Source: Thermodesulfobacteriota bacterium (GTDB lineage: Bacteria > Desulfobacterota_D > UBA1144 > Nemesobacterales > Mycalebacteriaceae). Taken from it: DNA of 64,000 nt. How positions within the stretch are numbered: the stretch's first letter is position 1; every line of letters starts with the position of its first letter. The stretch spans positions 512,001 to 576,000 of the forward strand of contig OZ242184.1 in the NCBI GenBank assembly GCA_965205855.1, read 5' to 3'. The translations under genes were made by a program, and so were the position numbers. Shown here piece by piece: positions 19,901 to 27,438 of this stretch. Below the pieces are notes generated by a model. The model saw nothing but the letters and a program-made list of their open reading frames with translations. It ran no database searches and was not told where the DNA came from.

Positions 19901-22900
19901 TTAGTACCCCCGACAACGATGACGAAGCCCCAGAGCGGTGGCATAACCTGCTCCGGCACTTCACCTTTCAGGCACCCGCTGGTAGTGGCGGACGCGAGGT
20001 TCGATTCATCGCTGAGTTAACGGTCTCGGACCTTGTTAGCGGTAACGATGTCGTTGAAACCCTGACCCGAACCCTCACTATCAGCGCGCCGGCCAACACC
20101 CCGCCCACCACCAGCGGGCTGACGGTCACGACGCTTGAGGATACCGCCTATACCTTTGCAGCGGGTAATTTCAACTTTAACGATGCCGACTCCGGCGATA
20201 ACCTGGTAGAGGTGCGCATCGATAGCCTGCCCGCCAGCGCCGGCGGCAGCCTGGCGCTGAGCGGCACAGCGGTTATCGCGGGGCAAGTGATTCCCGTTGC
20301 CGGTATTCCGAATCTGCGCTATACCCCGGCGCTCAATGTCAACGGCGCTGCGACCTTCACCTTCAGCGTCTCCGACGGTACTGACTTCAGTACCCCGCCC
20401 GCCACGGCAACCGTGACCGTAAACGCGGTCAATGATGATCCCAGCGGCACGGTGACCATCACCGGCACCGCGACCGTGGGCGAGACCCTGACGGCGAACA
20501 CCGACGGCATTAGCGATGCCGATGGCCCTGATATGCTGTCATTCACCTATCAATGGCTTGCGGGTGGCATTCCTATCAACAACGCGACCTCCCCAACCTA
20601 CCTCCTGACCGGGGACGAATTAGGCGAGATGATCAGTGTGGACATCAGCTACATGGATGCCAATGACATTGAGGGAGGTGTTGTCAGTGATCCCGTCGGG
20701 CCGGTGCTCGCGGCGGACATGGTGACAGTTTCCATTGCGGGCCCCGGCGCTTCGGTCGATGAGGGCGATCCTGCCACCTTCACCGTGACCCTGTCGGGTT
20801 CTCCCGCGGATGAAGTGGTGGTGAATTATGCCACCTCGGACGAAACGGCGACCGAGGGGAGCGATTTCACCGCCCCGGCCGCTGATGCGGCGCTGACCTT
20901 CGCGGCGAATACGACCACTCTGACCCAGGACATCAACATAGCGACGACGGACGATAGCGATACCGAGGGCGACGAGACCTTCACCCTGACCCTGAGCGCG
21001 CCCAGCGGGGGTTTTCCGGCAGGGGTCACCCTGGGCACGACCACGGCCCAGGCGACCATCGCAGCCAGCGATGCGCCGGCCAACACCCCGCCCACCAGTA
21101 CGACAGACCTTGCCGTGACCGGGTTAACCGTAACGTCGGGGGCGCAGACCTTTGATCTCGAGGACAATTTCGATGACGCGGACAGCAGCGATACCTTGAC
21201 CTATACCGCGGACTCTGGTAATGAAACCATCTTCACGGTGGCGGTCGCGGGCAGCATGCTGACCATTACCCCGGTCAGCAGGGGTACCGCCACCCTCACG
21301 CTTACCGCCGATGATGGCAATGGCGGCACTATCAGCCAGACCCCGTCGGTGACCGTGAACAACAGCAGGCCCACTGCCCGTGCCGGTTCAGATTCGACAG
21401 CGGACAAAGGTAGCCTCATCACGCTTGATGGCTCTGGCAGTTCCGACCCGGATGCGAGCGACATGCTGACGTATCTATGGACGCAGCAGCCTGGCAGCAC
21501 CCCGGTGACTTTAAGCGATCCGACAGCAGAGCAACCGACGTTCACCATTCCAACCGTAATAGAGCGCGGTTTTACTTTTGTTTTCAGGCTGGTCGTTAGC
21601 GACGGGGCGCTCTCGTCCACCAACAGGGCTGAAGTCACCATCTTTACCCGACCGATATTTCCGTTCCCCACGACCCTTGATGATCAGACCTATGTGGTGG
21701 GCAACCAAATTGATGATCTGACTTTGCCCACGGCACTGGACATTTTCGGCAATCCCAATACCTATGCGCTGAGCCCCCTGCCGCCTGGACTGTCCTTTAA
21801 TACTACTAACCGCACACTGTCTGGTACGCCGACCCAGGCTGGAACCTTTGACCTGACCTACACCGCGACGAGTAACTTTGGCACGGATTCACGCAGCTTT
21901 AGCATTGCGGTGATTAACCTCCCGACCATCACCGGCACTCCGACCGAGGGTGAGGAGCTAACGGCAGACGCCTCTGCAATTATCGCGGCCAACGGGCTTG
22001 ACGAATCCGACATCAGCTACCAATGGCAGGCGGATGGCGTAGATATTGCCAACGCGACCTCCATCACCTACACCCTGAGCACGGACGATATCGGTAAGAG
22101 GATCACCGTGACGGCCAGCTTCACCGTTGGCGCAACGAGTGAAGAACGAACCAGCGCGCCCACGGCGGCGGTGGCGGCGCCGGGCAACATCCCGGCGACG
22201 GGAGAGCCGACCATCAGCGGCATTCTTCAAGTGGGCCAGACCCTGACAGCGGACACATCTGGAATTGTCGATGCCGATGGGCCTGCCGCACCCGCCTTCA
22301 GCTACCAATGGCAGGCGGACGGCCAGGATATTGCCGGCGCGACCGCCATCACCTATATCCCGACTGCGGGCGATGTCGGTGATGTGATCACCGTGACGGC
22401 CATCTTCACCGATGACGTGGGAACGCGTGAAGAACGGACCAGTGCCCCCACGGCGGTGATCCAGACCAATACCCGCCCCACCGCCAATGCCGGTTCAGGT
22501 TCGACAGGGGCCAAAGGTAGCCTCATCACGCTCGATGGCTCTGGCAGTAACGACCCCGACGGCGATAATGCGAATCTGACGTATCTATGGACGCAGGTGC
22601 CGCTGGATAACGGCGGCGGCATCCCGGTGACTTTAAGCGATCCGACAGCACAGCAACCGACGTTCACCATTCCAACCGTAATAGAGCGCGAATTTACTTT
22701 TCGTTTCAATTTGGTCGTTAACGACGGAGCGCTCTCGTCCACCAACACCGCCCGAGTCGAAATTTTTACCCGACCGAGATTTGGGTTCCCCGAGACCCTT
22801 GTTGATCAGACCTATGTGGTGGGCAACCAAATTGATGATCTGACTTTGCCCACGGCACTGGATACTGTAGGCAATCCCAATACCTATGCGCTGAGCCCCC

Positions 22901-25900
22901 TGCCGCCTGGACTGTCCTTTAATACTACTAACCGCACACTGTCTGGTACGCCGACCCAGTCTGGAACCTTTGACCTGACCTACGTCGCGACGAGTAGCAT
23001 TGGCACGGATTCACGCAGCTTTAGCATTGCGGTGGTTGACCCCGTGACGGTTTCCATTGCGCCCCCTGGCGCCGCAGTCGATGAAGGCGATCCCGCGACC
23101 TTCACCGTGACCCTGTCGGGTTCTCCCACGGATGAAGTGGTGGTGGACTATGCCACCTCGCCCGACACGGCGGTGGCGGCTGATTTCACCGATACCGACG
23201 GCACGCTGACCTTCGCGGCAGGCGCGACCGACCTGAGCCAGGACATCAGCGTACCGACGACGGACGATAGCGAGACCGAGGGCGATGAGACCTTCACCCT
23301 GACCCTGAGTGCGAACACCAACAGCCCACTACCGGCAGGTGTCACTCTGGACACGACCACGGCCCAGGCGACCATCGCAGCCAGCGATGCGCCGGTCAAC
23401 AACCCGCCCACCACCAGCGCGTTCACGGTCACCACAAACGAGGATACCGACTACACCTTTGCGGTGGCCAACTTCCCCTTTGCCGATACCGACACGGGCG
23501 ATATGCTGGAGCAAGTGCGCATCGATAGCCTGCCCGACGGCGCCGACGGCAACCTGACCCTGAACAACACAGCGGTCATCGTGGCCCAAGAGATTGCCGT
23601 TGCGGATATTCCGAACCTGGTCTATACCCCGGTGACCAATGTCAACGGCACGGACAGCTTCACCTTCAGCGTCTCCGACGGCACTGCCTTTAGTGCCACG
23701 CCCGCCACGGCAACCGTCACCATTAACTCGGTCAATGATGATCCTAGTGGCGAGGTGACGATCAGCGGCATTCCCCGGGTGGGGGAGACCCTGACGGCGA
23801 ACACCGCCGGCATTACCGATGCCGATGGCCCTGCTACTCTGTCATTCACCTATCAATGGCTTGCGGGTAACACTCCTATCAGCAACTCGGACTCCCCGAC
23901 CTACATCCTGACCGGGAACGAATTAGGCGAGATGATCAGCGTGGATGTCAGCTACATGGATGCCGATGGCTTTGAGGGAGGTTTTGTCAGTGACCCCGTC
24001 GGACCGGTGGTGGCTGCAAGCACCCCGAATACCCCGCCGACCTCGAGCGATCTGGCGGTCACCATAGACGAGGATACCCCCCATACCTTTGCGGTGGCCG
24101 ACTTCCCCTTTAGCGATGTCGACACCAGCGACAGCCTGCAACAGGTGAGCATCGATAGACTGCCTACAACCGGCAGCCTGACCCTCGGTGGCGCATCGGT
24201 TAGAGCGGGGCAAGAGATTGCCGTTGCCAGTATTCCGAACCTGTTCTATACCCCGGTCGCAAATGCCAACGGCACGGACACCTTCACTTACAGAGTCTCT
24301 GACGGCACTGCCTTCAGTGCGGTAGCCACGGCAACCATCACCATTAACGCGGTCAATGACGATCCCACCGGCACGGGTCTGACAGTGCCGGGCTTGAGTC
24401 TGGCCGGGGGCGCACAGACGGTTGATTTGAATAGTGTGTTTAGCGACCCTGACGGCGATACGTTGAGCTACGAGGCAGAGTCTGATGATGAAGACATCGT
24501 TACGGTAGCGGTAGCGGGCAGTATGCTGACCATAACCCCGGTGGGTGCCGGTACGGCGACGCTGACGCTCAGGGCCAATGATGGCAATGGTGGCACGGTC
24601 GAGCAGACGGTGATGGCAACGGTGGGCAACAGTGCTCCCACCACCAGCGGTCTGGCGGTCACCACCGACGAGGATGCCGAATATACCTTTGCGGTTGTCG
24701 ACTTCCCCTTTACCGATGCCGACGGCGATAATTTGCAACAGGTGCGCATCGATAGCCTGCCCGCCAGCGGTAGCCTGACCTTGGGCGGTACGGCGGTTAA
24801 CGAGGGGCAAGAGATAGCCGTTGCGAATATTCCGACCTTGGTCTATACCCCGGTGGTCAATGCCAACGGCGATGTGACCTTCGACTTCAGCGTCTCCGAC
24901 GGCACTGACTTCAGTGAGTCCTCCACGGCGGTCCTGACCATAGAAGCGTCAAATGACCCTGCGACGGGATTGCCTACAATTACGGGCACGGCGAACGAGG
25001 GAGAGGAACTGACGGCGGATGTCTCTGGTATTGAGGATATAGATGGTCTGCCCGAGCTGTCCATGTTCACCTATCAATGGAATACGCGGGTCGGGAGCAC
25101 GGACACGCCGATTAACAACGCGACCACCGAAACCTACACCCCGACCGAGGACGAGGTGGGCGAGTTTATCACGGTGACGGTCTTCTTCACAGATGGCGGT
25201 GGCACGCGTGAAAGCCTTACAAGTGAGTCAACGATGGAGGTGACAGATATTGTCAGGGTGTTAACGATGGACGAGGCGTTGCGTCTCAACGCGGAGCCAC
25301 CGACCACGGACACGACGGGAAGTATTATCACGTTGTCGACCAGCGAAGAAGTAATCCTTGATAACGCTAATGGTGAGGATTTCACCGTTACCTCAACCCT
25401 GAATGGCGAAACAGTACCTCACGAGGTTACCGGTATCAGGGCGGGCAGTATCGTACTGGAGGTGACTCCGGCAATCGGGTTCGGGTCTCTCATCGGAGTT
25501 TCCTATAATCCGGTTCAAGGTTCCATTACGGGTGCCGTTACGGGCAATCCGGTGGTTCCGTTCAGTATAAGTGTGAACAACGCGGTACGGCCGTTGAATG
25601 AAGACCTGGATCGTGAAGGGAGGAAAACGTTGCTGACGCACCTTGCGGGTGTTCAGAGCGATCTGGTGATAAGTACGGTACAGAACCACCTGAGGGCGCT
25701 GGACGGAGGCAACCGTGTGAGCGTTCCACGACATGCGGGTGTAGAGACAGAGGGAGAAGGCAAATACGTTGAATACGAGAACGTCCGTGAGATGCTGTCT
25801 CATCTGGAGTTTGATCTTTCCCTGAACAGTCTGATGGGGTTGAATGAGGAGTGGCGCAAGATCGGTATTTCGTCCGCCGGGGCAGAGGGTTCGTTAGCGC

Positions 25901-27006
25901 CGGTTGTGGGAACTGATTTGTCATCGCCGCGGACACTTACCCTGTGGGGAGGAGGAGGCGAGACGCGTCTGGACAACGATTACAATACATCCGGTGACGA
26001 CAATCGCTATGACGGTCGTGTGTGGTCTTACAACACAGGTTTGGATTACCGTCCCTCGGAGTCTTTGACCTTGGGTGCGGCAGTGGGTTATCTGGACAGT
26101 GAACTGACGACCACCTACAACGAAGGCACCTATGATGAGAAGATGGTATCGGTGTCACCGTACCTGCTGTATGAGAGTCCGTGGGGTCTGGATATATCCC
26201 TGTTTGGGGGCTACGGAATAGGAGATGTTGACCTGACGGGGACGTTTGGGCAGGCGAGCACGCCGTTCGCGGCCTCTGCCGACAGTAATCTGTTATTTGG
26301 CGCGGTGCGTGTGTCGGGTGCGATGAAGTTTTTGGATAACAGTTTGGAAGTGGTACCGAATGTGAGTCTGCTCGGCAGTCGCAAGAGGCTGGAGGGATAT
26401 ACGGACAGCAGCAACCGTGAGATTGGTGAGACCACGGCGTCAGTGCTTCGCCTGACTCCGGGTTTTGAGGTGAGTTACCGTGTGAAGTTTTCAGGAGTAA
26501 CGTTGAGGCCGTTTGCGAGCGGAGGTTTGATATTTGATTTATTAGATACGGTGAATGATGACGATATGACTTACAGTGTTGGCGGTGGAATGCGTTTTGA
26601 AACCGAGGTGGGTTTGAGCGGTTCTGTGGAGGGTCAGCGTGAGCTGGGTCGTGAAGCGGTAGAGCAACGGCGCTTTGTGGGCGCGTTGTCTTACGGTATT
26701 GCTGTGGGCAGGAATGGGAGAGCGGGGACTGTGACGCCGTCTGTAGGTATTAATCACGCATCCGGGGATGATGTGTCTGCAGAGGGATTGTCACAGGCAT
26801 ACGTGCTGGAATACACCACGAGAGGTGGAGGCCACAGTATTAGTTTTGAGCATGACAGGTCGGAAGAGGAGGGAGCGCGTTCCGGTCTGGGTTATCGTTA
26901 CGGAGCAGAGATTATGCCGGGATTGAACTTGGAGGCAACAGTGTCGTCCCCGAATGTTGAAAAACGTGAGGTTAAGGGATTTGTTGGCATGAAACTCCGG
27001 TTTTAA
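13924..27006 (+). CDS. Giant Ig-repeat adhesin/autotransporter, gene 2 (4360 aa)
   Basis: Complete ORF. Sec-type signal (MPVKKR...GFCALVLFSLGLSATAAHA), several Calx-beta, cadherin-like and PKD/He_PIG modules, C-terminal barrel nearly identical to gene 1. Alternative in-frame ATG at 13957. Confidence 0.93.
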   Translation: MPVKKRHISDFMLTCLRVVAGFCALVLFSLGLSATAAHAVHEVQGFSLTGTPIQGGTLTVTGTNLTSGHPGEIPVYSWRYFTGAPLSETSNTYQLTQADVGRFLIVSVSTGDQTRSLGTLDEIVNSNLRPTGTVPITGNLSENETLGVNLSGLRDDDGLPNRSTFSYQWSRSDAGTNLVSISGATGRTYTLTQSDVGNHITLTISYTDRENRQETYRTTTSGQIANVNVPPTGLPAISGTRTEGRTLTAITDAIEDRDGLENAVFTYQWNTRIGSTDTPISGATQRTYIPTQADVGRMVTVTVRYTDDENSAEGPLTSAPTTVFAQQQTTRALSATVTPLSITPGDGPVEMFPDLTVIGTIPNLVQIRVLNRGDLVNEDAVTTPFVRLHDPVVPGFNFQASPTNITSDSRVFTSFAQEPPSQNAEAWQTLLRSVAFQAPADTGGRKIQLRVEASYDNGSSYLNMLSRTLNIVGPAPNNPPTSSGLAVSTPEDTPYTFEADDFPFTDADTGDRLQRVSINDLPARGTLTLGGGAVLAGQVINVTAIPTLVYTPPENANGDDIFTYSVYDGTTFSTATTMATITINPVNDPPTGAVTIDGMPAQNQTLTAVTDAIVEPDGLENAVFTYQWNTRVGSTDTPISNATSETYTLTQGDVGEMITVTVRYTDAGGEDEGPLTSAPTEAVANVNDPPVGTAITLPVPSVTGGAETVDLNSIFTDPDGDALIYTASSGDESVLRVSVTDSTLTLIPVTRGTATLTLRANDRNGGNGELRIVATVGNSPPIIPEIVLPVFTSFSGEQGPFELSDIPRGVDPDGDITTYTVVSDDLNIAEGMIDASHPLYRLFVTPFDIGNANLTITANDGNGGTDTRVVAVQVLGFNRSPVRTMVVPMVPELSLPAGPQEVELSGTYTDPDGDDDALTYQAVFFDTEDPNPDFEEEDVVTWAVTGSTLTLTPVGPGTLRLGIRALDSRLPPGRAGGLILPVTVINSPVSGNVIIDGVPERDQTLTADTSGISDADGPDPLPFTYQWNRNNGTTSEPIPGANEETYTLTDDDVGNSISVTVDYTDRGGTDEGPLTSTLTAQVIGTVAVSIAPPDAPVDEGEDATFTVTLSHSTANDIVLNYATSVAPEDTAEQSDFMATSSTLTFSPGAALSQTFTVSVEDDELVEGDETFTATLSANSASPLPVGVSLATATAQATIAANGTATVSVISGGNTVPEDQDITFAVQLSGAPGSDVVVNYTASVEAGDTAMASDFTETTGTLTFPAGTSELSQTFTVGVVNDNLPEDNETFTVTLSENPDNPLPAGFTLDMDMQTARGTIAASDEATISLAGPRDPVIEGENAVFTVTLSASPVGDGLTVGFSTSIESDDTAQANDFTETSGAQTFFMGTNALTQTIVVPVTDDNEVENSETFTLTLMNDGDGGSVFPPGFILNPSASSAKAAIVGRNNAPTTVGLGALIDEDTSHTFVADDFNFTDADMSDMLEQVRIDSLPATGDLTLNGTAVNAMQEITVTDIDNGSLVYTPADNVNGASTFDFSLSDGTDFSESAVATILIRAVNDEPSGTVTISGTARVGETLMANTGGISDVDGPDPLTFTYQWNTHSGGVDTAISGANSATYTPTTGDEGEMITVTARFTDDGGMRESLTSAPTAAVAMMSPPPPLPDLSGTTTPLPVTPGGDAVVVFPDLVVSDADANPVVIRVRVENPDDLNAGDTLAFSGTPNTSGIQVQFFPAAGIIGTSNDTLFGGFASGTPPGADRWQGLLRNLTFAAPAGSGGREIRLFVQVRYSLSGSDSSDTLTRTLNIGAPAANSPPTGLPTITGTPRVGVTLTANTSGISDADGPDPLPFTYQWNTHAGGTDTAINNATSATYLLTADEMGDQITVSVRYTDAGNTNEGPLTSVPTAAVAMMSPLELSGTTTPLPVTPGGAPVAIFPDLSIDTGRPNTFRLRVESAANLNSGDAVTLAAAAERRNYDILFIPIASVGASQNIIVGVSTPDNDDEAPERWHNLLRHFTFQAPAGSGGREVRFIAELTVSDLVSGNDVVETLTRTLTISAPANTPPTTSGLTVTTLEDTAYTFAAGNFNFNDADSGDNLVEVRIDSLPASAGGSLALSGTAVIAGQVIPVAGIPNLRYTPALNVNGAATFTFSVSDGTDFSTPPATATVTVNAVNDDPSGTVTITGTATVGETLTANTDGISDADGPDMLSFTYQWLAGGIPINNATSPTYLLTGDELGEMISVDISYMDANDIEGGVVSDPVGPVLAADMVTVSIAGPGASVDEGDPATFTVTLSGSPADEVVVNYATSDETATEGSDFTAPAADAALTFAANTTTLTQDINIATTDDSDTEGDETFTLTLSAPSGGFPAGVTLGTTTAQATIAASDAPANTPPTSTTDLAVTGLTVTSGAQTFDLEDNFDDADSSDTLTYTADSGNETIFTVAVAGSMLTITPVSRGTATLTLTADDGNGGTISQTPSVTVNNSRPTARAGSDSTADKGSLITLDGSGSSDPDASDMLTYLWTQQPGSTPVTLSDPTAEQPTFTIPTVIERGFTFVFRLVVSDGALSSTNRAEVTIFTRPIFPFPTTLDDQTYVVGNQIDDLTLPTALDIFGNPNTYALSPLPPGLSFNTTNRTLSGTPTQAGTFDLTYTATSNFGTDSRSFSIAVINLPTITGTPTEGEELTADASAIIAANGLDESDISYQWQADGVDIANATSITYTLSTDDIGKRITVTASFTVGATSEERTSAPTAAVAAPGNIPATGEPTISGILQVGQTLTADTSGIVDADGPAAPAFSYQWQADGQDIAGATAITYIPTAGDVGDVITVTAIFTDDVGTREERTSAPTAVIQTNTRPTANAGSGSTGAKGSLITLDGSGSNDPDGDNANLTYLWTQVPLDNGGGIPVTLSDPTAQQPTFTIPTVIEREFTFRFNLVVNDGALSSTNTARVEIFTRPRFGFPETLVDQTYVVGNQIDDLTLPTALDTVGNPNTYALSPLPPGLSFNTTNRTLSGTPTQSGTFDLTYVATSSIGTDSRSFSIAVVDPVTVSIAPPGAAVDEGDPATFTVTLSGSPTDEVVVDYATSPDTAVAADFTDTDGTLTFAAGATDLSQDISVPTTDDSETEGDETFTLTLSANTNSPLPAGVTLDTTTAQATIAASDAPVNNPPTTSAFTVTTNEDTDYTFAVANFPFADTDTGDMLEQVRIDSLPDGADGNLTLNNTAVIVAQEIAVADIPNLVYTPVTNVNGTDSFTFSVSDGTAFSATPATATVTINSVNDDPSGEVTISGIPRVGETLTANTAGITDADGPATLSFTYQWLAGNTPISNSDSPTYILTGNELGEMISVDVSYMDADGFEGGFVSDPVGPVVAASTPNTPPTSSDLAVTIDEDTPHTFAVADFPFSDVDTSDSLQQVSIDRLPTTGSLTLGGASVRAGQEIAVASIPNLFYTPVANANGTDTFTYRVSDGTAFSAVATATITINAVNDDPTGTGLTVPGLSLAGGAQTVDLNSVFSDPDGDTLSYEAESDDEDIVTVAVAGSMLTITPVGAGTATLTLRANDGNGGTVEQTVMATVGNSAPTTSGLAVTTDEDAEYTFAVVDFPFTDADGDNLQQVRIDSLPASGSLTLGGTAVNEGQEIAVANIPTLVYTPVVNANGDVTFDFSVSDGTDFSESSTAVLTIEASNDPATGLPTITGTANEGEELTADVSGIEDIDGLPELSMFTYQWNTRVGSTDTPINNATTETYTPTEDEVGEFITVTVFFTDGGGTRESLTSESTMEVTDIVRVLTMDEALRLNAEPPTTDTTGSIITLSTSEEVILDNANGEDFTVTSTLNGETVPHEVTGIRAGSIVLEVTPAIGFGSLIGVSYNPVQGSITGAVTGNPVVPFSISVNNAVRPLNEDLDREGRKTLLTHLAGVQSDLVISTVQNHLRALDGGNRVSVPRHAGVETEGEGKYVEYENVREMLSHLEFDLSLNSLMGLNEEWRKIGISSAGAEGSLAPVVGTDLSSPRTLTLWGGGGETRLDNDYNTSGDDNRYDGRVWSYNTGLDYRPSESLTLGAAVGYLDSELTTTYNEGTYDEKMVSVSPYLLYESPWGLDISLFGGYGIGDVDLTGTFGQASTPFAASADSNLLFGAVRVSGAMKFLDNSLEVVPNVSLLGSRKRLEGYTDSSNREIGETTASVLRLTPGFEVSYRVKFSGVTLRPFASGGLIFDLLDTVNDDDMTYSVGGGMRFETEVGLSGSVEGQRELGREAVEQRRFVGALSYGIAVGRNGRAGTVTPSVGINHASGDDVSAEGLSQAYVLEYTTRGGGHSISFEHDRSEEEGARSGLGYRYGAEIMPGLNLEATVSSPNVEKREVKGFVGMKLRF
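25930..27003 (+). other. C-terminal autotransporter-like beta-barrel (gene 2)
   Basis: Nearly identical copy of 12781-13854. Confidence 0.85.
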
Positions 27007-27054
27007 AACCAAGGCGTTTTCCCGTCTTGCTGTCGTAAGAGAATGACTTTGTAG

Positions 27055-27077
27055 TTGTGGGTTTTCCAACGCCACAA
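27055..27077 (+). terminator. Weak hairpin after gene 2 (possible terminator or mRNA stabiliser)
   Basis: TTGTGG-GTT...AAC-g-CCACAA stem with one bulge; no U-tract follows. Confidence 0.2.
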
Positions 27078-27216
27078 GCGGTTAATGTAAATAGTTTGCC
27101 AAAAGTATTACCAGACATGGCGGTGTTATACCCTAGCCTGTGCAATTAGGTTAAAGACACTTTTAGTCAGTTGCCAGAGATGGCGTTTGAGGCGAGTAGT
27201 CGTTCTATTTAAGAAC

Positions 27217-27245
27217 TTGACAGTGAAAAATACCTAAACTACACT
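27217..27245 (+). promoter_or_regulatory. Putative strong sigma70 promoter of gene 3
   Basis: TTGACA (27217-27222), 17 bp, TACACT (27240-27245). Confidence 0.8.
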
Positions 27246-27257
27246 TTGTATCTACAA
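27246..27257. promoter_or_regulatory. Inverted repeat TTGTA-TC-TACAA over the predicted TSS; GntR/HutC-type operator candidate
   Basis: Matches the TGTA-N2-TACA pattern known for HutC-subfamily regulators; lies immediately after the -10. Confidence 0.45.
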
Positions 27258-27269
27258 TTGGCACAGTGT

Positions 27270-27291
27270 GTGGTTTGATCGATCAAACCAC
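27270..27291. promoter_or_regulatory. Perfect 22-bp palindrome GTGGTTTGATCGATCAAACCAC (operator or RNA hairpin candidate)
   Basis: Exact self-reverse-complement, ~25 bp downstream of the -10. Confidence 0.7.
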
Positions 27292-27438
27292 TGGCAAACT
27301 ACAAGACGGTTTATAGAATGCAACTTAACCTAAGCGATAATGACTAGTCCTACTGTTAGGAAAATACCCATAAATAAGTCCGTCAAAACCTGGCGCACCA
27401 GTCTCCTGAGCGGGCATTGTACGAAGCGGAGAGTATGC

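Noticed and set aside
27259-27275. Sigma54 promoter at TGGCAC
   Set aside because: The -12 TTGC element is missing at the required spacing.
27275-27286. FNR/CRP box within the 22-bp palindrome
   Set aside because: TTGAT and ATCAA are separated by 2 bp, not the 4 bp of an FNR site.
27340-27438. First ATG of the gene 3 ORF as the true start
   Set aside because: No SD-like motif and it would give a ~74-aa leader. ATG 27439 has GGAGAG upstream and a more normal signal length. Not fully excluded, since extended signal peptides exist in autotransporters.
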